A stretch of 64,000 nt of DNA from the NCBI GenBank assembly GCA_963664195.1, contig OY760907.1:1248001-1312000 (forward strand), read 5' to 3'. This DNA comes from an uncultured candidate division Zixibacteria bacterium (GTDB lineage Bacteria > Zixibacteria > MSB-5A5 > GN15 > FEB-12). The position numbers and the translations under genes were made by a program. Shown in pieces: positions 17,929 through 28,974 of the stretch. Numbering within the stretch: the first letter of the stretch is position 1; every line of letters begins with the position of its first letter. The notes below the pieces were generated by a model. The model had not been told where the DNA came from. It worked only from the letters and a program-made list of their open reading frames with translations, and made no database searches.

Positions 17929-19974
17929 ATGCTGAAAAGAGTTCTGCCACAGCTAGTAATCGCATTCCTCATCGTTCTGATCCCGCTGAGTCTTCAGGCC
18001 AAGCGAAAGAAGAAGAAAGACAAAGCCGAGCACGATACGTTTGCATGGGAGGAAATCACCGATGCCGACTGGCAGGTACGTGACAGACCGCTTGCTGCCG
18101 ATGCCGACGCTGTGGTGATCTTTGAAAAGGTGGAAGTCGACCATCGGAAGACGGACTCTCTCAAGCAATCGGCCATGTACTACGTGCGCATCCGAATCCT
18201 GAACGCTGAGGGGCGGTCCCGGGCCGACGGTCTGACCTCCCCCTCATGGTCCAGTGAGTATGTCACCGATGTCCAGGGACGAACGATACTCCCTAACGGA
18301 GACATCTTCCCATTGACCGAAGAGAACATCCACAAGAAGACGGTCCTCAAGACGAAGGGCGCCAAGATATCGCAGACGTCGTTTTCGCTGCCCGGCGTCA
18401 CGGACGACTGTATCATCGAATACATGATCCTACTGGAGACTTTTGATCTGTCGGTGGCCTGGTTTGCCCAGAAGGATATCCCCCTCCTCTACGGCGAATT
18501 CACGTGGCTCTATTTCGACATAAATTCGCTGCCCTGGCGGCAACAGCAATGGCTGAGAAGTGCCGACTGGCGATTCGACCTCCAAAGCCCGGAGTATACC
18601 TGGCTGAACATCCGTGGCAAAAGTCCCCTGCGGGAGGTACAGGAAGACAGTTCGGTTGCCCTTGTCTTCAGGGTAAACGACGTACTTCCCTACGAGAGTG
18701 AATTTGCCTCTGCTCCGGACCAGACCCTGAGGGGCAGGCTTGTCTGCTACTACGGTTCCGATAAACCCGCACTGACTTTCTTTGCATCGTGGGGGGGCGG
18801 AATAGCGTACTTTGTGGACTCTGTCCTGTGCAAGGACGTCCGGAAACCTGCAGAGTTGGCAGCAGAACTCAAAGGAGAGACGAAACGGGAGAAGATCGAA
18901 GCTGCCTACCGGTGGGTCCGCGACAACATGGCAAACTACACATACGACTATTTCCCCGATCTGAACGACGAACGCCGGTCGACCGGACATGAGTACGACT
19001 GGAAACAGATCAGAGACCTCGACGATGCGATCAAACACAAGGAAGGATCACGAAGCATTCTCTGTGCATTGTTCCGGACAGTCCTCCGGGAGATGGGGAT
19101 CGACGCCCGGCTGGCGTACACAGTTGATCGCACTGGCGGATTGTTCGAGCGCAAAACCAAATACTGGCAGTTCGACCATGAACTCGTGGCCGTTTTCGAC
19201 AGTGCCGGTGAGGCTGCTTTCTACGCCCCCGGCGATCCGCGGCTGCTCCCCGGTCAACTGCCGTGGGGTGTGCAGGGGGTTCCCGCCCTTATTGAGGGAA
19301 ACGAAGGCAAGTTTGTCACCCCTCCCTTTGCACAGCCGGCGACCACGACGCAAGAAACCGCCTTCAGCTACACGATTTCTGATGATCTTGAAGTAACCGG
19401 CAAGTTGACAAACAAGACCACGGGAACCTTCGCCCGAGACTGGCGACTAGCGCTGCTCGGAGAAGAAACCAGTGAGGCCGTGTACTTCCAGGGAGCTTTC
19501 TCCGAGTTCTACGGCGACGCGCAGCTTGAATACGTAAGCTCGGAAGGAATAGACTCGATACGCCAACCCCTGACCGTTTCGTGCAAACTCTCATACCCGG
19601 AGCTTCAGACATCGGGTAGCCGTTTGCTGCTGAGACCGTGTCAATTCGCAAGCAAAGGCGACAACCCGTTCACATCCGATCAGCGCAAGAACGACATCTG
19701 GTTCCAGAGCGCATACGTAACAAGAGACTCGCTGGAGTTCCAACTTCCGACCGAATGGGAAGTCGCAGCGCTTCCGCCCGATACGACATTTGAAAACCGA
19801 GTGGGACGCTGCGAAGTCCAGTTTGCTTACGAAGGCAGTATGCTTCGAGTGACAAGAGCGTTTACCCTAAACTCTCCCTACTGGACCGCAGAAGATTACG
19901 CCGACATACAGACACTCTTCCAGGCTCGGCGGACACTGGCTGAATCGATAGTGGTACTGGAACAGACAAACTGA
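17929..19974 (+). CDS. DUF3857 / transglutaminase-like domain exported protein
   Basis: Signal peptide, DAVVIFE...RIRILNAEG, LPGVTDDCIIEY, QFDH; catalytic Cys position looks degenerate. Confidence 0.8.
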   Translation: MLKRVLPQLVIAFLIVLIPLSLQAKRKKKKDKAEHDTFAWEEITDADWQVRDRPLAADADAVVIFEKVEVDHRKTDSLKQSAMYYVRIRILNAEGRSRADGLTSPSWSSEYVTDVQGRTILPNGDIFPLTEENIHKKTVLKTKGAKISQTSFSLPGVTDDCIIEYMILLETFDLSVAWFAQKDIPLLYGEFTWLYFDINSLPWRQQQWLRSADWRFDLQSPEYTWLNIRGKSPLREVQEDSSVALVFRVNDVLPYESEFASAPDQTLRGRLVCYYGSDKPALTFFASWGGGIAYFVDSVLCKDVRKPAELAAELKGETKREKIEAAYRWVRDNMANYTYDYFPDLNDERRSTGHEYDWKQIRDLDDAIKHKEGSRSILCALFRTVLREMGIDARLAYTVDRTGGLFERKTKYWQFDHELVAVFDSAGEAAFYAPGDPRLLPGQLPWGVQGVPALIEGNEGKFVTPPFAQPATTTQETAFSYTISDDLEVTGKLTNKTTGTFARDWRLALLGEETSEAVYFQGAFSEFYGDAQLEYVSSEGIDSIRQPLTVSCKLSYPELQTSGSRLLLRPCQFASKGDNPFTSDQRKNDIWFQSAYVTRDSLEFQLPTEWEVAALPPDTTFENRVGRCEVQFAYEGSMLRVTRAFTLNSPYWTAEDYADIQTLFQARRTLAESIVVLEQTN

Positions 19975-19984
19975 CAGATCGAAC

Positions 19985-20722
19985 ATGTCAAAACAAAACA
20001 TCTACGACAACCCGGAGTTCTACGACGGTTACCGCAAACTCCGTGAGCGGGAACGAAACTACAACAACATGTTCGAGCAGCCGTATCTGCGATCTCTTCT
20101 TCCTCCCCTGGAAGGACTCCGGGTACTTGATCTCGGATGCGGATCAGGGCCGCTCTGCCGGTATCTTGCCTCGCAGGGCGCGGTGTCGGTCGCAGGCGTC
20201 GACATCTCCGAGAAGATGCTCTCCGACGCACAGAATCACCCGGGTCACCGGCAGGAGATTGTATCCTACTCTCACTGTCCCATGGAGGATTTCGAGCCTG
20301 AAGGTATGACCTTTGATCTGGTCGTCAGTTCGCTGGCTATTCAATACGTCGAGGACTATGAGGCACTGATCGCCAATATTGGCCGATCGCTCACTGGCGG
20401 AGGTCGACTTGTGTTCTCGATTGAGCATCCCATGATGACCGGGTCACCGGAAGCATGGGTCAAAGACAAAGACGGCAACAAGGTGCATTGGCCGGTGGAT
20501 CAGTATTCAATCGAAGGCTCCCGTGAACGGCACTGGTTTGTCGATGGCGTCATCAAGTATCATCGTCGACTGGACACAACCGTCAACACGCTGATAGAGA
20601 ATGGCCTGACAATTGAGAGATTACTTGAACCGGTGCCAACCGATGAAGAAGTCGAAAACTACCCATCGCTGATCGACGAGCGCGTTCGCCCCGCGTTTCT
20701 GTTCGTGAAGTGCCGGAAGTAG
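19985..20722 (+). CDS. class I SAM-dependent methyltransferase
   Basis: VLDLGCGSG, FDLVVSSLA, FSIEHP. Confidence 0.92.
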   Translation: MSKQNIYDNPEFYDGYRKLRERERNYNNMFEQPYLRSLLPPLEGLRVLDLGCGSGPLCRYLASQGAVSVAGVDISEKMLSDAQNHPGHRQEIVSYSHCPMEDFEPEGMTFDLVVSSLAIQYVEDYEALIANIGRSLTGGGRLVFSIEHPMMTGSPEAWVKDKDGNKVHWPVDQYSIEGSRERHWFVDGVIKYHRRLDTTVNTLIENGLTIERLLEPVPTDEEVENYPSLIDERVRPAFLFVKCRK

Positions 20723-20726
20723 ACGG

Positions 20727-21788
20727 CTACGATTCCGGTCTCGCATAGCTATCGACAAACTCGTCGGTCAGGAAATCTCTGAGCGTCACCAGTACAGACC
20801 GATTGCGATATCCGAGTTCCATCCGCGCCTTCCGCGATGAATACGCCCAATCGTAATCAAGCATCTTCACGAGGTCAGGATAAAACGACACCTTCCCTTT
20901 GTTCGTCAGCCTTGCCCACATCACAGAGAGTCTTGCCAGCAGATTCAGCAGCGGTCGCGGCGGCGTTACAAGATGCGGTATCTTCTTGAGGAGTATCGAC
21001 GCATTGAGCATCAACTCCCGCACACTTATGTTGTCCCCGCCCATGATATATCTTTCGCCCGGCCTGCCTCTCTCGGCCGCAGCCAGAATGCCCGGCGCGA
21101 GGTCACGAACATCGACCAGATTCAGACGGTTCGGATAATCCGGCACGAACATATGACTGAATCGTTTGGTCCAACACTCACGGTCGCTTGAGGTCTCTGA
21201 GGGAGCAATGATCACTGACGGATTCACAATCACCAGCTCCGGTCCGCCCTCGGCTGCCAGCTCCAGCAGCTCTGTCTCAGCGGCCTGTTTGCTCATGATG
21301 TACGGGATCTTCAGATTGTTGAGATTGAATTCCCAGATCTCGTTGAGCCGTCGCGGCGTTTCATGTGACGCCAGATCGTTGCGACGCGGTACCGCGCCGA
21401 TAGCGGCCACGGTCGATATGTGGACAAATCGTTTCACTCCTGCCGCTTTCGCAACCCGATACAACTCAAGCGCCCCGATAGTATTCGTCCCGGTGAATTG
21501 CGTCAGACGATCCCCCCGAAAATCAACCCAGGCCGCCGTGTGAATGACAATATCAACGCCCTGCACCAGCGTTGCCAGCTCCGGTCGTATGCGAAGATCT
21601 GCCTGACGCTTCTCCAGGCTGTGAGAATCAATGAAGGTAGTGTCCGAGGACTCCCGCACGTGCGCCACGGGCTTGATGCCGCGTTTGAGTAGTTCGTAAA
21701 CCAACTGCTTACCGAGCGATCCCGACGCACCGGTAATCAGCACGCGTGATTGCGTCAGGTCATGCGTATTCGATGTGATTGTGCCCAT
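20727..21788 (-). CDS. NAD-dependent epimerase/dehydratase
   Basis: ITGASGSLG, YIMSK. Confidence 0.88.
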   Translation of the reverse strand: MGTITSNTHDLTQSRVLITGASGSLGKQLVYELLKRGIKPVAHVRESSDTTFIDSHSLEKRQADLRIRPELATLVQGVDIVIHTAAWVDFRGDRLTQFTGTNTIGALELYRVAKAAGVKRFVHISTVAAIGAVPRRNDLASHETPRRLNEIWEFNLNNLKIPYIMSKQAAETELLELAAEGGPELVIVNPSVIIAPSETSSDRECWTKRFSHMFVPDYPNRLNLVDVRDLAPGILAAAERGRPGERYIMGGDNISVRELMLNASILLKKIPHLVTPPRPLLNLLARLSVMWARLTNKGKVSFYPDLVKMLDYDWAYSSRKARMELGYRNRSVLVTLRDFLTDEFVDSYARPES

Positions 21789-21802
21789 CGCGGACAACCC
21801 CC

Positions 21803-22969
21803 TCACCTATCCAGCACCGCAATCAATCGGTCAATGTCCGACTTGTCGTTGAACAAGTGCACCGAAACACGAATCGAACCCTCTCGATTCACCAGGATAA
21901 TCTTGTCATCGAGAATCCGACGGTGCAGGGTCGCCACCGCGTTTTTCGACTCATCGGTTGTCGTAAAAGTCAGTATAGACGAGCGGTGTTTCGGTTCCAT
22001 CGATGACGTTATCCGGTACTTCGAACTCCCCTTGATATACTCCGCCAGCCGATCAAGCAGCGTGTGGTTGTGTCGCTGAATACCCGCAATCCCCAAATCC
22101 TGAAACAGCTTCACCGAGGCCGTCATACCCATAAGGTTAAGGGTCGAGGAAAATCCCATCTCAAACCGTCGCGAGGAATCAAACAGATCACGGTCGTAAT
22201 AGAACAGGTCGCTGAAATTCCCCTTCCAGTCCACTCCCAGCCAACTCATAAACGGCGGCACAATCCTGTCCCGCACTTCATCGGACACGTAGAAGAAACT
22301 GCACCCCTGCGGAGCCAACAGCCATTTGTGACAGCCCGCGGTAAAGACGTCGATACCCAGCTTCCGCACATTGATCGGCTCCACCCCCATCCCCTGGATA
22401 CCGTCGATTATGAGATAGATCCCGTGCTCTTTGCAGATTGCGGAAATCGTCTTCAGATCGTTTTTGAACCCATTGAAAAACTGCACGTACGACAGCGCGA
22501 GCACTTTCGTACGTTTGCCAATCTGCTTCTGAAGCTCGTCGATATTGAAGAACCGATTCTTCGATTTCAGATACCTCAGCCTCAATCCGCGCGACTCCGT
22601 CGCCGCTCGCCACACGTACGGCAGCGCCGGGAACTCGACATCGGAGAGCAGTACTTCATCTCCGCGCTTCAACGGCAGTCCGTACGCCGCAAGGTTCAAT
22701 GCAAACGAGGTGTTCATCCCCAGCCCGACCGTCCGTTTTGGCGCGCCGATTAGTTTGGCGTAGTCACCGCGAAGTTTCTCCGCCACGACAAATGCCTGAT
22801 GCGAGTCATCCCGTTCGGCCGCCAGCCGCTGATCCAGACTGGCACGCACCGCGTCGTGCACCGGCGTGCAGAACGGACCTGAGGACGCCGAATTAAAATA
22901 GACAATCTTGCCCGCATGCGGAAACAGGTCTCGGGCTTTTTTGAATCTTCCAGAAATGTCCTTAGTCAT
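21803..22969 (-). CDS. class V PLP aminotransferase (cysteine desulfurase-like fold)
   Basis: IIDGIQGMG, GCHKWLLAPQG, RVSVHLFN. Confidence 0.9.
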   Translation of the reverse strand: MTKDISGRFKKARDLFPHAGKIVYFNSASSGPFCTPVHDAVRASLDQRLAAERDDSHQAFVVAEKLRGDYAKLIGAPKRTVGLGMNTSFALNLAAYGLPLKRGDEVLLSDVEFPALPYVWRAATESRGLRLRYLKSKNRFFNIDELQKQIGKRTKVLALSYVQFFNGFKNDLKTISAICKEHGIYLIIDGIQGMGVEPINVRKLGIDVFTAGCHKWLLAPQGCSFFYVSDEVRDRIVPPFMSWLGVDWKGNFSDLFYYDRDLFDSSRRFEMGFSSTLNLMGMTASVKLFQDLGIAGIQRHNHTLLDRLAEYIKGSSKYRITSSMEPKHRSSILTFTTTDESKNAVATLHRRILDDKIILVNREGSIRVSVHLFNDKSDIDRLIAVLDR

Positions 22970-22979
22970 AGCTCTCTCA

Positions 22980-23399
22980 TCAAAGACTATAGAGGAAACC
23001 GATTACGGCCATGCAGCCACCCAGTTTGAGCAACAGCGACAACATGACAAACAACAGATATGGCATCGGAAGTTTCACTCGCACCGAAAGACCCATCAGC
23101 GCCGGTGCCGCTCCCAGCGCAAAGGCAAACAACGCTGCAGCCAATCCGGCGCGGACGCCTGAAAACGGCATAACATAATAGAAAAAGCTGTATACAATCG
23201 AGGGAATCACAACATAGAATAGTGATTCCATTAGAAAGTTCACCAACACCGCCGCAGCCCCGGAAGATTCAATCATCTCCTCCGGCACACCGGCTGTTAA
23301 TTTCAACCGACGCTCGGCGAAGTCCAGCACGAAGGACAACACCAACAGATAGAGACCGCTGGCCAGAACGCAATACATCAAGAGTCGAATCGAAATCAT
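22980..23399 (-). CDS. hypothetical membrane protein (~4 TM)
   Basis: Hydrophobic segments; packed in operon. Confidence 0.7.
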   Translation of the reverse strand: MISIRLLMYCVLASGLYLLVLSFVLDFAERRLKLTAGVPEEMIESSGAAAVLVNFLMESLFYVVIPSIVYSFFYYVMPFSGVRAGLAAALFAFALGAAPALMGLSVRVKLPMPYLLFVMLSLLLKLGGCMAVIGFLYSL

Positions 23400-24406
23400 T
23401 ACAGCCATCCCTCAGCACGATACCATTCGTAAGTCTGCTTCACTCCCACCGCAAACGGAATCTGTGAAACAAACCCAAGTTCTTCTTTCGCACGGGAGAT
23501 GTCGATCTCCCACGAAGCCAGCAGTTCGCGCGTTTTCTCACGAGTCAGCATCGGCGTCGCCCCGACCGCCTTGAAGCAGAACTCGGAGACCGCTGCAATC
23601 AGCTTGAACAGCGCCCCCGGTATCACCAGGGAAATGACGGTCTTTCCGCTGCCCGCGACGACGTCCGCAATCATTGCTTTCATCGAATACGACTCTCGCT
23701 CGGCAATGAAATATACCGCTCCAGACTTGGTCTCTGCCGTGACCGCTCTGAAAAACCCGAGACAGAGATCATCAACATGCACCAATTGCAGACGCCGGCT
23801 CATGCTGCCAATCTGCGGTCGAATATGATTATTCACCGCCTGAAAAAGCGCAAACAATTCTTTGTCTCCGGGGCCGTAAACACCCGGCGGACGAACTGCA
23901 ACTACATTGAGCCGATCCGCGTACGATAGGAGCTTCTTCTCACCGGCCAGCTTCGACTCACCGTAGGTCGTCAGCGGTCCCGGAGGATCTGATTCGCGTC
24001 TCGGGCAGCCCGGCTCCGAAGGTCCCGCCGCGGCCAGCGAAGAGGTCAACACCAGTTTTTTCACCTGTGGGTTGTGCTTCAGCAGGGCTTCGCACAGGTT
24101 CGCCGTGCCCGTCTCGTTGACGGCAAAAAACGTCTCGCACTTTTTGGCTTTCACCACGCCGGCGTTGTGAATGACGTAATCCACCCCGGTCACCATCTCC
24201 GGAAGACTGTCCGGGTTAGTAACATCACCGTAGCGATACTCCAGATCGAGACCGCCAAGCAGCTTCAGATCCGCGCTTTTTCGCACCCCGGCAACAACAT
24301 GATAACCCTCGTCGGCAAACTTCCGACACAGGCGCGAGCCTACGAATCCGTTGGCTCCGGTTATGAGAATGGAGGCGTTGTTTGACACGGTCAGAATGTA
24401 GTACAT
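23399..24406 (-). CDS. NAD-dependent epimerase/dehydratase
   Basis: ITGANGFVG, YGESK, VYGPGD. Confidence 0.9.
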   Translation of the reverse strand: MYYILTVSNNASILITGANGFVGSRLCRKFADEGYHVVAGVRKSADLKLLGGLDLEYRYGDVTNPDSLPEMVTGVDYVIHNAGVVKAKKCETFFAVNETGTANLCEALLKHNPQVKKLVLTSSLAAAGPSEPGCPRRESDPPGPLTTYGESKLAGEKKLLSYADRLNVVAVRPPGVYGPGDKELFALFQAVNNHIRPQIGSMSRRLQLVHVDDLCLGFFRAVTAETKSGAVYFIAERESYSMKAMIADVVAGSGKTVISLVIPGALFKLIAAVSEFCFKAVGATPMLTREKTRELLASWEIDISRAKEELGFVSQIPFAVGVKQTYEWYRAEGWL

Positions 24407-24447
24407 TGACCGACCGTTCTCAAGCAGTTATCAGTCGGATTCCACTC

Positions 24448-25902
24448 CTAGAAAATCGTCGCGGTGAAACTATACACCTCGGCGTACTTGTCCTTGTAGC
24501 TTTCCTTCGGAAGTCCGGCTTTCAGGCAGGTTTGTTCAAGGAACTCCACCGGTCCCCAGCCGTGATCGGTAGCCACCTGCGGCAGAAGCAGGCCGGAGTG
24601 CATATCCAGCTTGATCATCAGGCCGTGCGTGCCGACCTTGATCTTCGAGAAGTCGTGCACACGCTCAAGATGCGACAACACAGATATTTCGTAGTCGAGT
24701 TTCTCGTATTCGTCCTTGCTGAGCGTCGGGAATCTCGGGTCCTCAAATGCCGCCGCCACGGCCAGTTCAGCCACAGCCTCGCAGATCGGCTGACGGGCCT
24801 GCACGCGCCCTATGCACCCGCGAAGTTCCCCGCCAATTTCCAGCGTCACAAACAACCCGTGCTTGACGCTGTCCAGAGACTCGACTGGCTCCGGTTCATA
24901 CTTCTTGCCGTCAAGGTGCGCGGCAATCGACTCACGCGCTATCCGCAGCAATAGTTCCTTGTCTTCATCCGTTAGATTGACAGAGCCAAAACGAGCCGGG
25001 ACGGTTCCGAACAGCGATTTGTCCGGCTCGACCACAGGCGCCTGATACGCCTCACCTGCCACCATCGCCGCCGACAGATACCCGACCACTTCGCTGAAAT
25101 CGCCGGTAGTTGATCCCGATGTATTATAATCGAGGAACTTGATCTCTTTACTTCCGAGACGTTTCGCGGCAAACATCGCCGCCGACACCGGACCTCCCCC
25201 GCAGGCCTCTCCCTTGCCACAGCCGAGCGTATCCATCAACAGGTCCGGATCGTACTTCTCGATTGCCTCGCGAACCTGATTATCCAACCGTCGTGCTTCT
25301 TTTTCCTGATGGAAATGCGAGAGATCGGTCGATGCAACTATCAGCGAGTTGGTCCCTTTGAGCGCTGCCGCCAACGTCTCGCCAAGCGCCTGTATCGAGG
25401 CTTCTTCCTGATCCCCCATGACAACCGCCACTAACTTGAATTTGCCCAGCACAACCTGCAGGAACGGCAACTGAACTTCCAGCGCGTGTTCCCCACGGGT
25501 TGACCCGGTCGCGTGCCCCATGCCGGAGAAATACACCAGCGGGTGAATCCCGGCCATTTTCTCAGATAGCTCACGGTCAGTCTCTACAATGCCAAGCGGC
25601 GTTTCGTAACCACCCCCCTCATAGACGGAACAGCCCTGGAAAAAGACCCGATGCGAAGGGGAAACCACCACAACCGTATCGTATTCTTCACCCTCAAGCA
25701 GCTTGTAGGCCTTCGCCGCCACTTTGCCCGAGTAAGGATACCCGGCATGCGGAGCGATGAGTCCTATCGGACGGTGCCCGATTGTGACCTTGTCCACCTC
25801 GGCAAACATGCCGGCGATGGTCTTGGCCAGTTCCGAGGCTTCCCCCGGGTAGAAGGTTCCGGCCACAGCGGGTTTACGTATATTGGTCGCTTCGTTTTCC
25901 AT
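24448..25902 (-). CDS. amrB: AmmeMemoRadiSam protein B (MEMO) fused to protein A (AMMECR1)
   Basis: RKPAVAGTFYP, PHAGYPYSG, EHALEVQLPFL; then LRGCIG, DPRFP, GLLLPQV. Confidence 0.92.
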   Translation of the reverse strand: MENEATNIRKPAVAGTFYPGEASELAKTIAGMFAEVDKVTIGHRPIGLIAPHAGYPYSGKVAAKAYKLLEGEEYDTVVVVSPSHRVFFQGCSVYEGGGYETPLGIVETDRELSEKMAGIHPLVYFSGMGHATGSTRGEHALEVQLPFLQVVLGKFKLVAVVMGDQEEASIQALGETLAAALKGTNSLIVASTDLSHFHQEKEARRLDNQVREAIEKYDPDLLMDTLGCGKGEACGGGPVSAAMFAAKRLGSKEIKFLDYNTSGSTTGDFSEVVGYLSAAMVAGEAYQAPVVEPDKSLFGTVPARFGSVNLTDEDKELLLRIARESIAAHLDGKKYEPEPVESLDSVKHGLFVTLEIGGELRGCIGRVQARQPICEAVAELAVAAAFEDPRFPTLSKDEYEKLDYEISVLSHLERVHDFSKIKVGTHGLMIKLDMHSGLLLPQVATDHGWGPVEFLEQTCLKAGLPKESYKDKYAEVYSFTATIF

Positions 25903-26060
25903 CTCAAACCTCTGATTATCGTTCCTGACGGCAAGGTATTGTTCTCAACCCCGGAAGTCAATTCAGCATTTGAGTAGGGTGCCAGCGGACAATTGACAGA
26001 CCCGTTAAACCGCACTACCTTAAGATCACCACAACCACCAAAGAAATAGCGGAGACGCAC

Positions 26061-26465
26061 ATGAAACCGAGTACAATCACGGCGACCCTTGGAACCCTGT
26101 TAATCGCAATCGGATTGTTTTTCATCTTCAGGTCCGGCTTTTACATGGGGGCAACCCCGGCCGTGGTCATCGGTGCCGCTTTGCTGTTTCTGGCGTTCAA
26201 GGGGGGACGTGTCGCCACCCTGGTGTTTGGTCATGTCTGCATCCTCAACGGCGCGTTTCTGATCACCTGGGGTCTCCTGTTGCTACCGCATTCGCAGCCG
26301 GTAATCCTGCACGTATTTGGACGACCGTTGTTCTGGGGGATATTCTCTCTAATGGGCGGCGTCTGTGCGATCTTCCACGGTTTCTGTCATTGCGTCACGC
26401 GCCAGGTCGACAAGTTTGAGAACGGCGAGCCGGTCAAGACGGGGCATTGCCAGCAGGGGCATTGA
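26061..26465 (+). CDS. hypothetical membrane protein
   Basis: Four hydrophobic segments, HGFCHC motif, RBS GGAG. Confidence 0.7.
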   Translation: MKPSTITATLGTLLIAIGLFFIFRSGFYMGATPAVVIGAALLFLAFKGGRVATLVFGHVCILNGAFLITWGLLLLPHSQPVILHVFGRPLFWGIFSLMGGVCAIFHGFCHCVTRQVDKFENGEPVKTGHCQQGH

Positions 26466-26494
26466 GCAGGGAATATCTCCAATGGTGACAAGAA

Positions 26495-26518
26495 CAGCCC
26501 GCCACTAGTGACGGGCTG
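26495..26518. terminator. hairpin between convergent genes
   Basis: CAGCCCG...CGGGCTG. Confidence 0.45.
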
Positions 26519-26551
26519 CTATCGATTCCAATCGCGTCCCTGCGATCAGTC

Positions 26552-27502
26552 TCAGGAACTGAGTTCCGCTATCTGCGGCTTCTTCTCTTCGGCATTGCCG
26601 CCCGGCGTGATCCCCTCCACCATCGCCGCCAGCGAGGAAATCATCCCGCTCGCCTCATACGGCATGAAGATCTTGCTTGCCTTGCCGTCGGCTAACCGCG
26701 GAAGCATCTCGAGATATTTCAGCGTGATTAGCTTCTCGTTCGGCTTACCTTTGTGAATCGCGCCGAAAACGTTCTCGATCGCTTGCGCTTCACCCTCGGC
26801 CACCGCTATTTGGCGATACTTCTCGGCATCGGCTCTCTTTTTCACCGCCTCCGCCGCACCCTCCGCCTCAAGGATCTGCGACTGCTTGGAGCCTTCGGCC
26901 TTGGTGATATTCGCCTGACGGATCGCCTCGGCATCGAGAATCGCCGCTCTCTTGTCACGTTCCGCCTTCATCTGGCGGCTCATGGCGTCCGTGATGTCTC
27001 CCGGCGGGTCAATCCGTTGAAGCTCGATCCGGTTCACCTTGACTCCCCACTTGTCCGTGGCGGCGTCCATGACATCGCGGAGCTGCGCGTTGATTTGATC
27101 GCGCGAAGACAAACAGGCGTCGAGCACCAACTCGCCGATGACGTTACGAAGGTTCGTCTGGGCCAGTTTGGTCGAGGCTATAATATAGTTAGTGATTTCA
27201 TAGGTAGAACGGAACGGGTCGGTCACCTGGATGTAAATAATCGCATCCACTTCCACCCCGACATTGTCCGCCGTGATGACCAACTGCGCCGGGACATCGA
27301 TAACTACCTCGCGCATATCCACTTTGGACACATTGTCGAAAAACGGAATGATCACGTTCAGTCCGGGATCGAGCACACGCTGGAATTTCCCCAGCCGCTC
27401 CACCAGACCCTTTTCAAACGGCCGTACAATGCGTACCGACAACAGTCCCAGCGCTCCGGCGAGGCCGACCAATACGATTACGAGTATACCTGAACCATCC
27501 AT
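26552..27502 (-). CDS. SPFH/band 7 (QmcA-like) protein
   Basis: GLVERLGKF, AQTNLRNVIG, QMKAERDKRA. Confidence 0.93.
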   Translation of the reverse strand: MDGSGILVIVLVGLAGALGLLSVRIVRPFEKGLVERLGKFQRVLDPGLNVIIPFFDNVSKVDMREVVIDVPAQLVITADNVGVEVDAIIYIQVTDPFRSTYEITNYIIASTKLAQTNLRNVIGELVLDACLSSRDQINAQLRDVMDAATDKWGVKVNRIELQRIDPPGDITDAMSRQMKAERDKRAAILDAEAIRQANITKAEGSKQSQILEAEGAAEAVKKRADAEKYRQIAVAEGEAQAIENVFGAIHKGKPNEKLITLKYLEMLPRLADGKASKIFMPYEASGMISSLAAMVEGITPGGNAEEKKPQIAELSS

Positions 27503-27524
27503 CGCTCTATCCTTTCAGCTTCAT

Positions 27525-27953
27525 TCAATTCAGTTTCTCTACCGTGACACGCGTGCCCGAGATACCGAGTATCTTGACTTTCGTCTGCGGCGCAATCTCC
27601 TCGGCGGCCTTTGCCACCCATATTTCTCCCTCGAACTTGACCTTGCCGCCCAGATCGGGGTCTATCTTTTCAGTCACGAGCGCAATCTGCCCGATCATGC
27701 GGTCGACGTTGGAAGTCTCCGGAGAGGGCTTGCTGATTCTCTTGGCGAACCTGCGGGTAAGCGGAATGAGGACGATCGACACCACCGCAAATATCGCCAA
27801 CTGCCAGGAGTAAGACTCAGGCGATGACAAGGCAAATACGCCCGCAGCAGCCGAGCCTACGACAAAACAGATAAAGACCAGCGTCGGCGAGGCTAACTCG
27901 ATTATCAGAAACACGACCGCTGCCGCTAACCATATCCAGAACATTGTGGGCAT
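27525..27953 (-). CDS. NfeD-family protein
   Basis: WIWLAAAVVFLIIEL, GKVKFEGEIWVA; adjacent to SPFH gene. Confidence 0.9.
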   Translation of the reverse strand: MPTMFWIWLAAAVVFLIIELASPTLVFICFVVGSAAAGVFALSSPESYSWQLAIFAVVSIVLIPLTRRFAKRISKPSPETSNVDRMIGQIALVTEKIDPDLGGKVKFEGEIWVAKAAEEIAPQTKVKILGISGTRVTVEKLN

Positions 27954-28164
27954 ACCGGCTCCTTTCGAAAAACAGCTTGCCCGCTGCCGGTTCAAACGTT
28001 CAATTGTAATACCTGCAACCGGGACGCATATTCAAACCCCGACTGCAGAAGATGAAAGCCGTCTAAACGCCCGACTGTCAACAAAAAGGGCCACGTAGTG
28101 GCAGTGCCCCCTGGTGCCGTTGCCGCACAGCGACCATGGCGTGGGTAAGCAGAGAGGAGCACAG

Positions 28165-28948
28165 GTGTCCGAGAAGAAGCAAATGCCGTATCATCGGTTC
28201 GCCGACGTCTATGACCGGATGGAGGCCGACCTGCATTCCATGAACATGTTCCGGTACACGCTCGAGATCATGCAGAAGTTTGATATCGATCCTAACACCG
28301 GCCTCGACCTCTGTTGCGGCACAGGTACGGCAGCCAAGCTGTTCAATGACTACGGAATCGAGATGTCCGGTCTCGACGGCAGTCCTTCGATGATCAAAAT
28401 CGCCCGCGCCAAACTCAAAGGGGAGCGGGTCAAGCTGTACTGCCAGATGCTCCCCAAATTCGAGATACTGACAGGGGCAAGACAACGGACGCGCCGCCTG
28501 GTGCAGTTTGATCTGATCACCAGCTTCTACGACTCACTCAACTACCTGCTGACGAAACGGGATTTGCAGGCGAGTTTCCACAGCGTTCATCGTCATCTCA
28601 ACGGGAGGCTGGTTCGTTTTCGACATGAACACACCCCACGCCCTCCGGACGATCTGGGCGGAGCAAACGTACTCAGGCACGTTGGATGATATCGCGTGGG
28701 TGTTCAGAGGCAGAAGTTATGCGGACAGACAGACGGCCGACGCACTCATTACGTTCTTTGTCAAAAAGGGGAAACTGTGGGAACGGTTCGATGAAACCCA
28801 CACCGAACGCGGCTACGACAACAAGACGATCCGCGACATGCTGAAGACAACCGGATTCCAGATCAAAGGCTTCTACAAGTGCGGTACGTTCGACCGCGCG
28901 AAAATCTCAGACAACCGGATTTGCGTGGTAGCGAAGAGGGCACTATGA
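28165..28948 (+). pseudogene. class I SAM methyltransferase with frameshift at ~28602
   Basis: LDLCCGTG, DSLNYL; expected HLxxGGWFVFDMNT is split across two frames. Confidence 0.8.
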
Positions 28949-28974
28949 ATGTGTCACACTGAGCTTGGAGGCTG

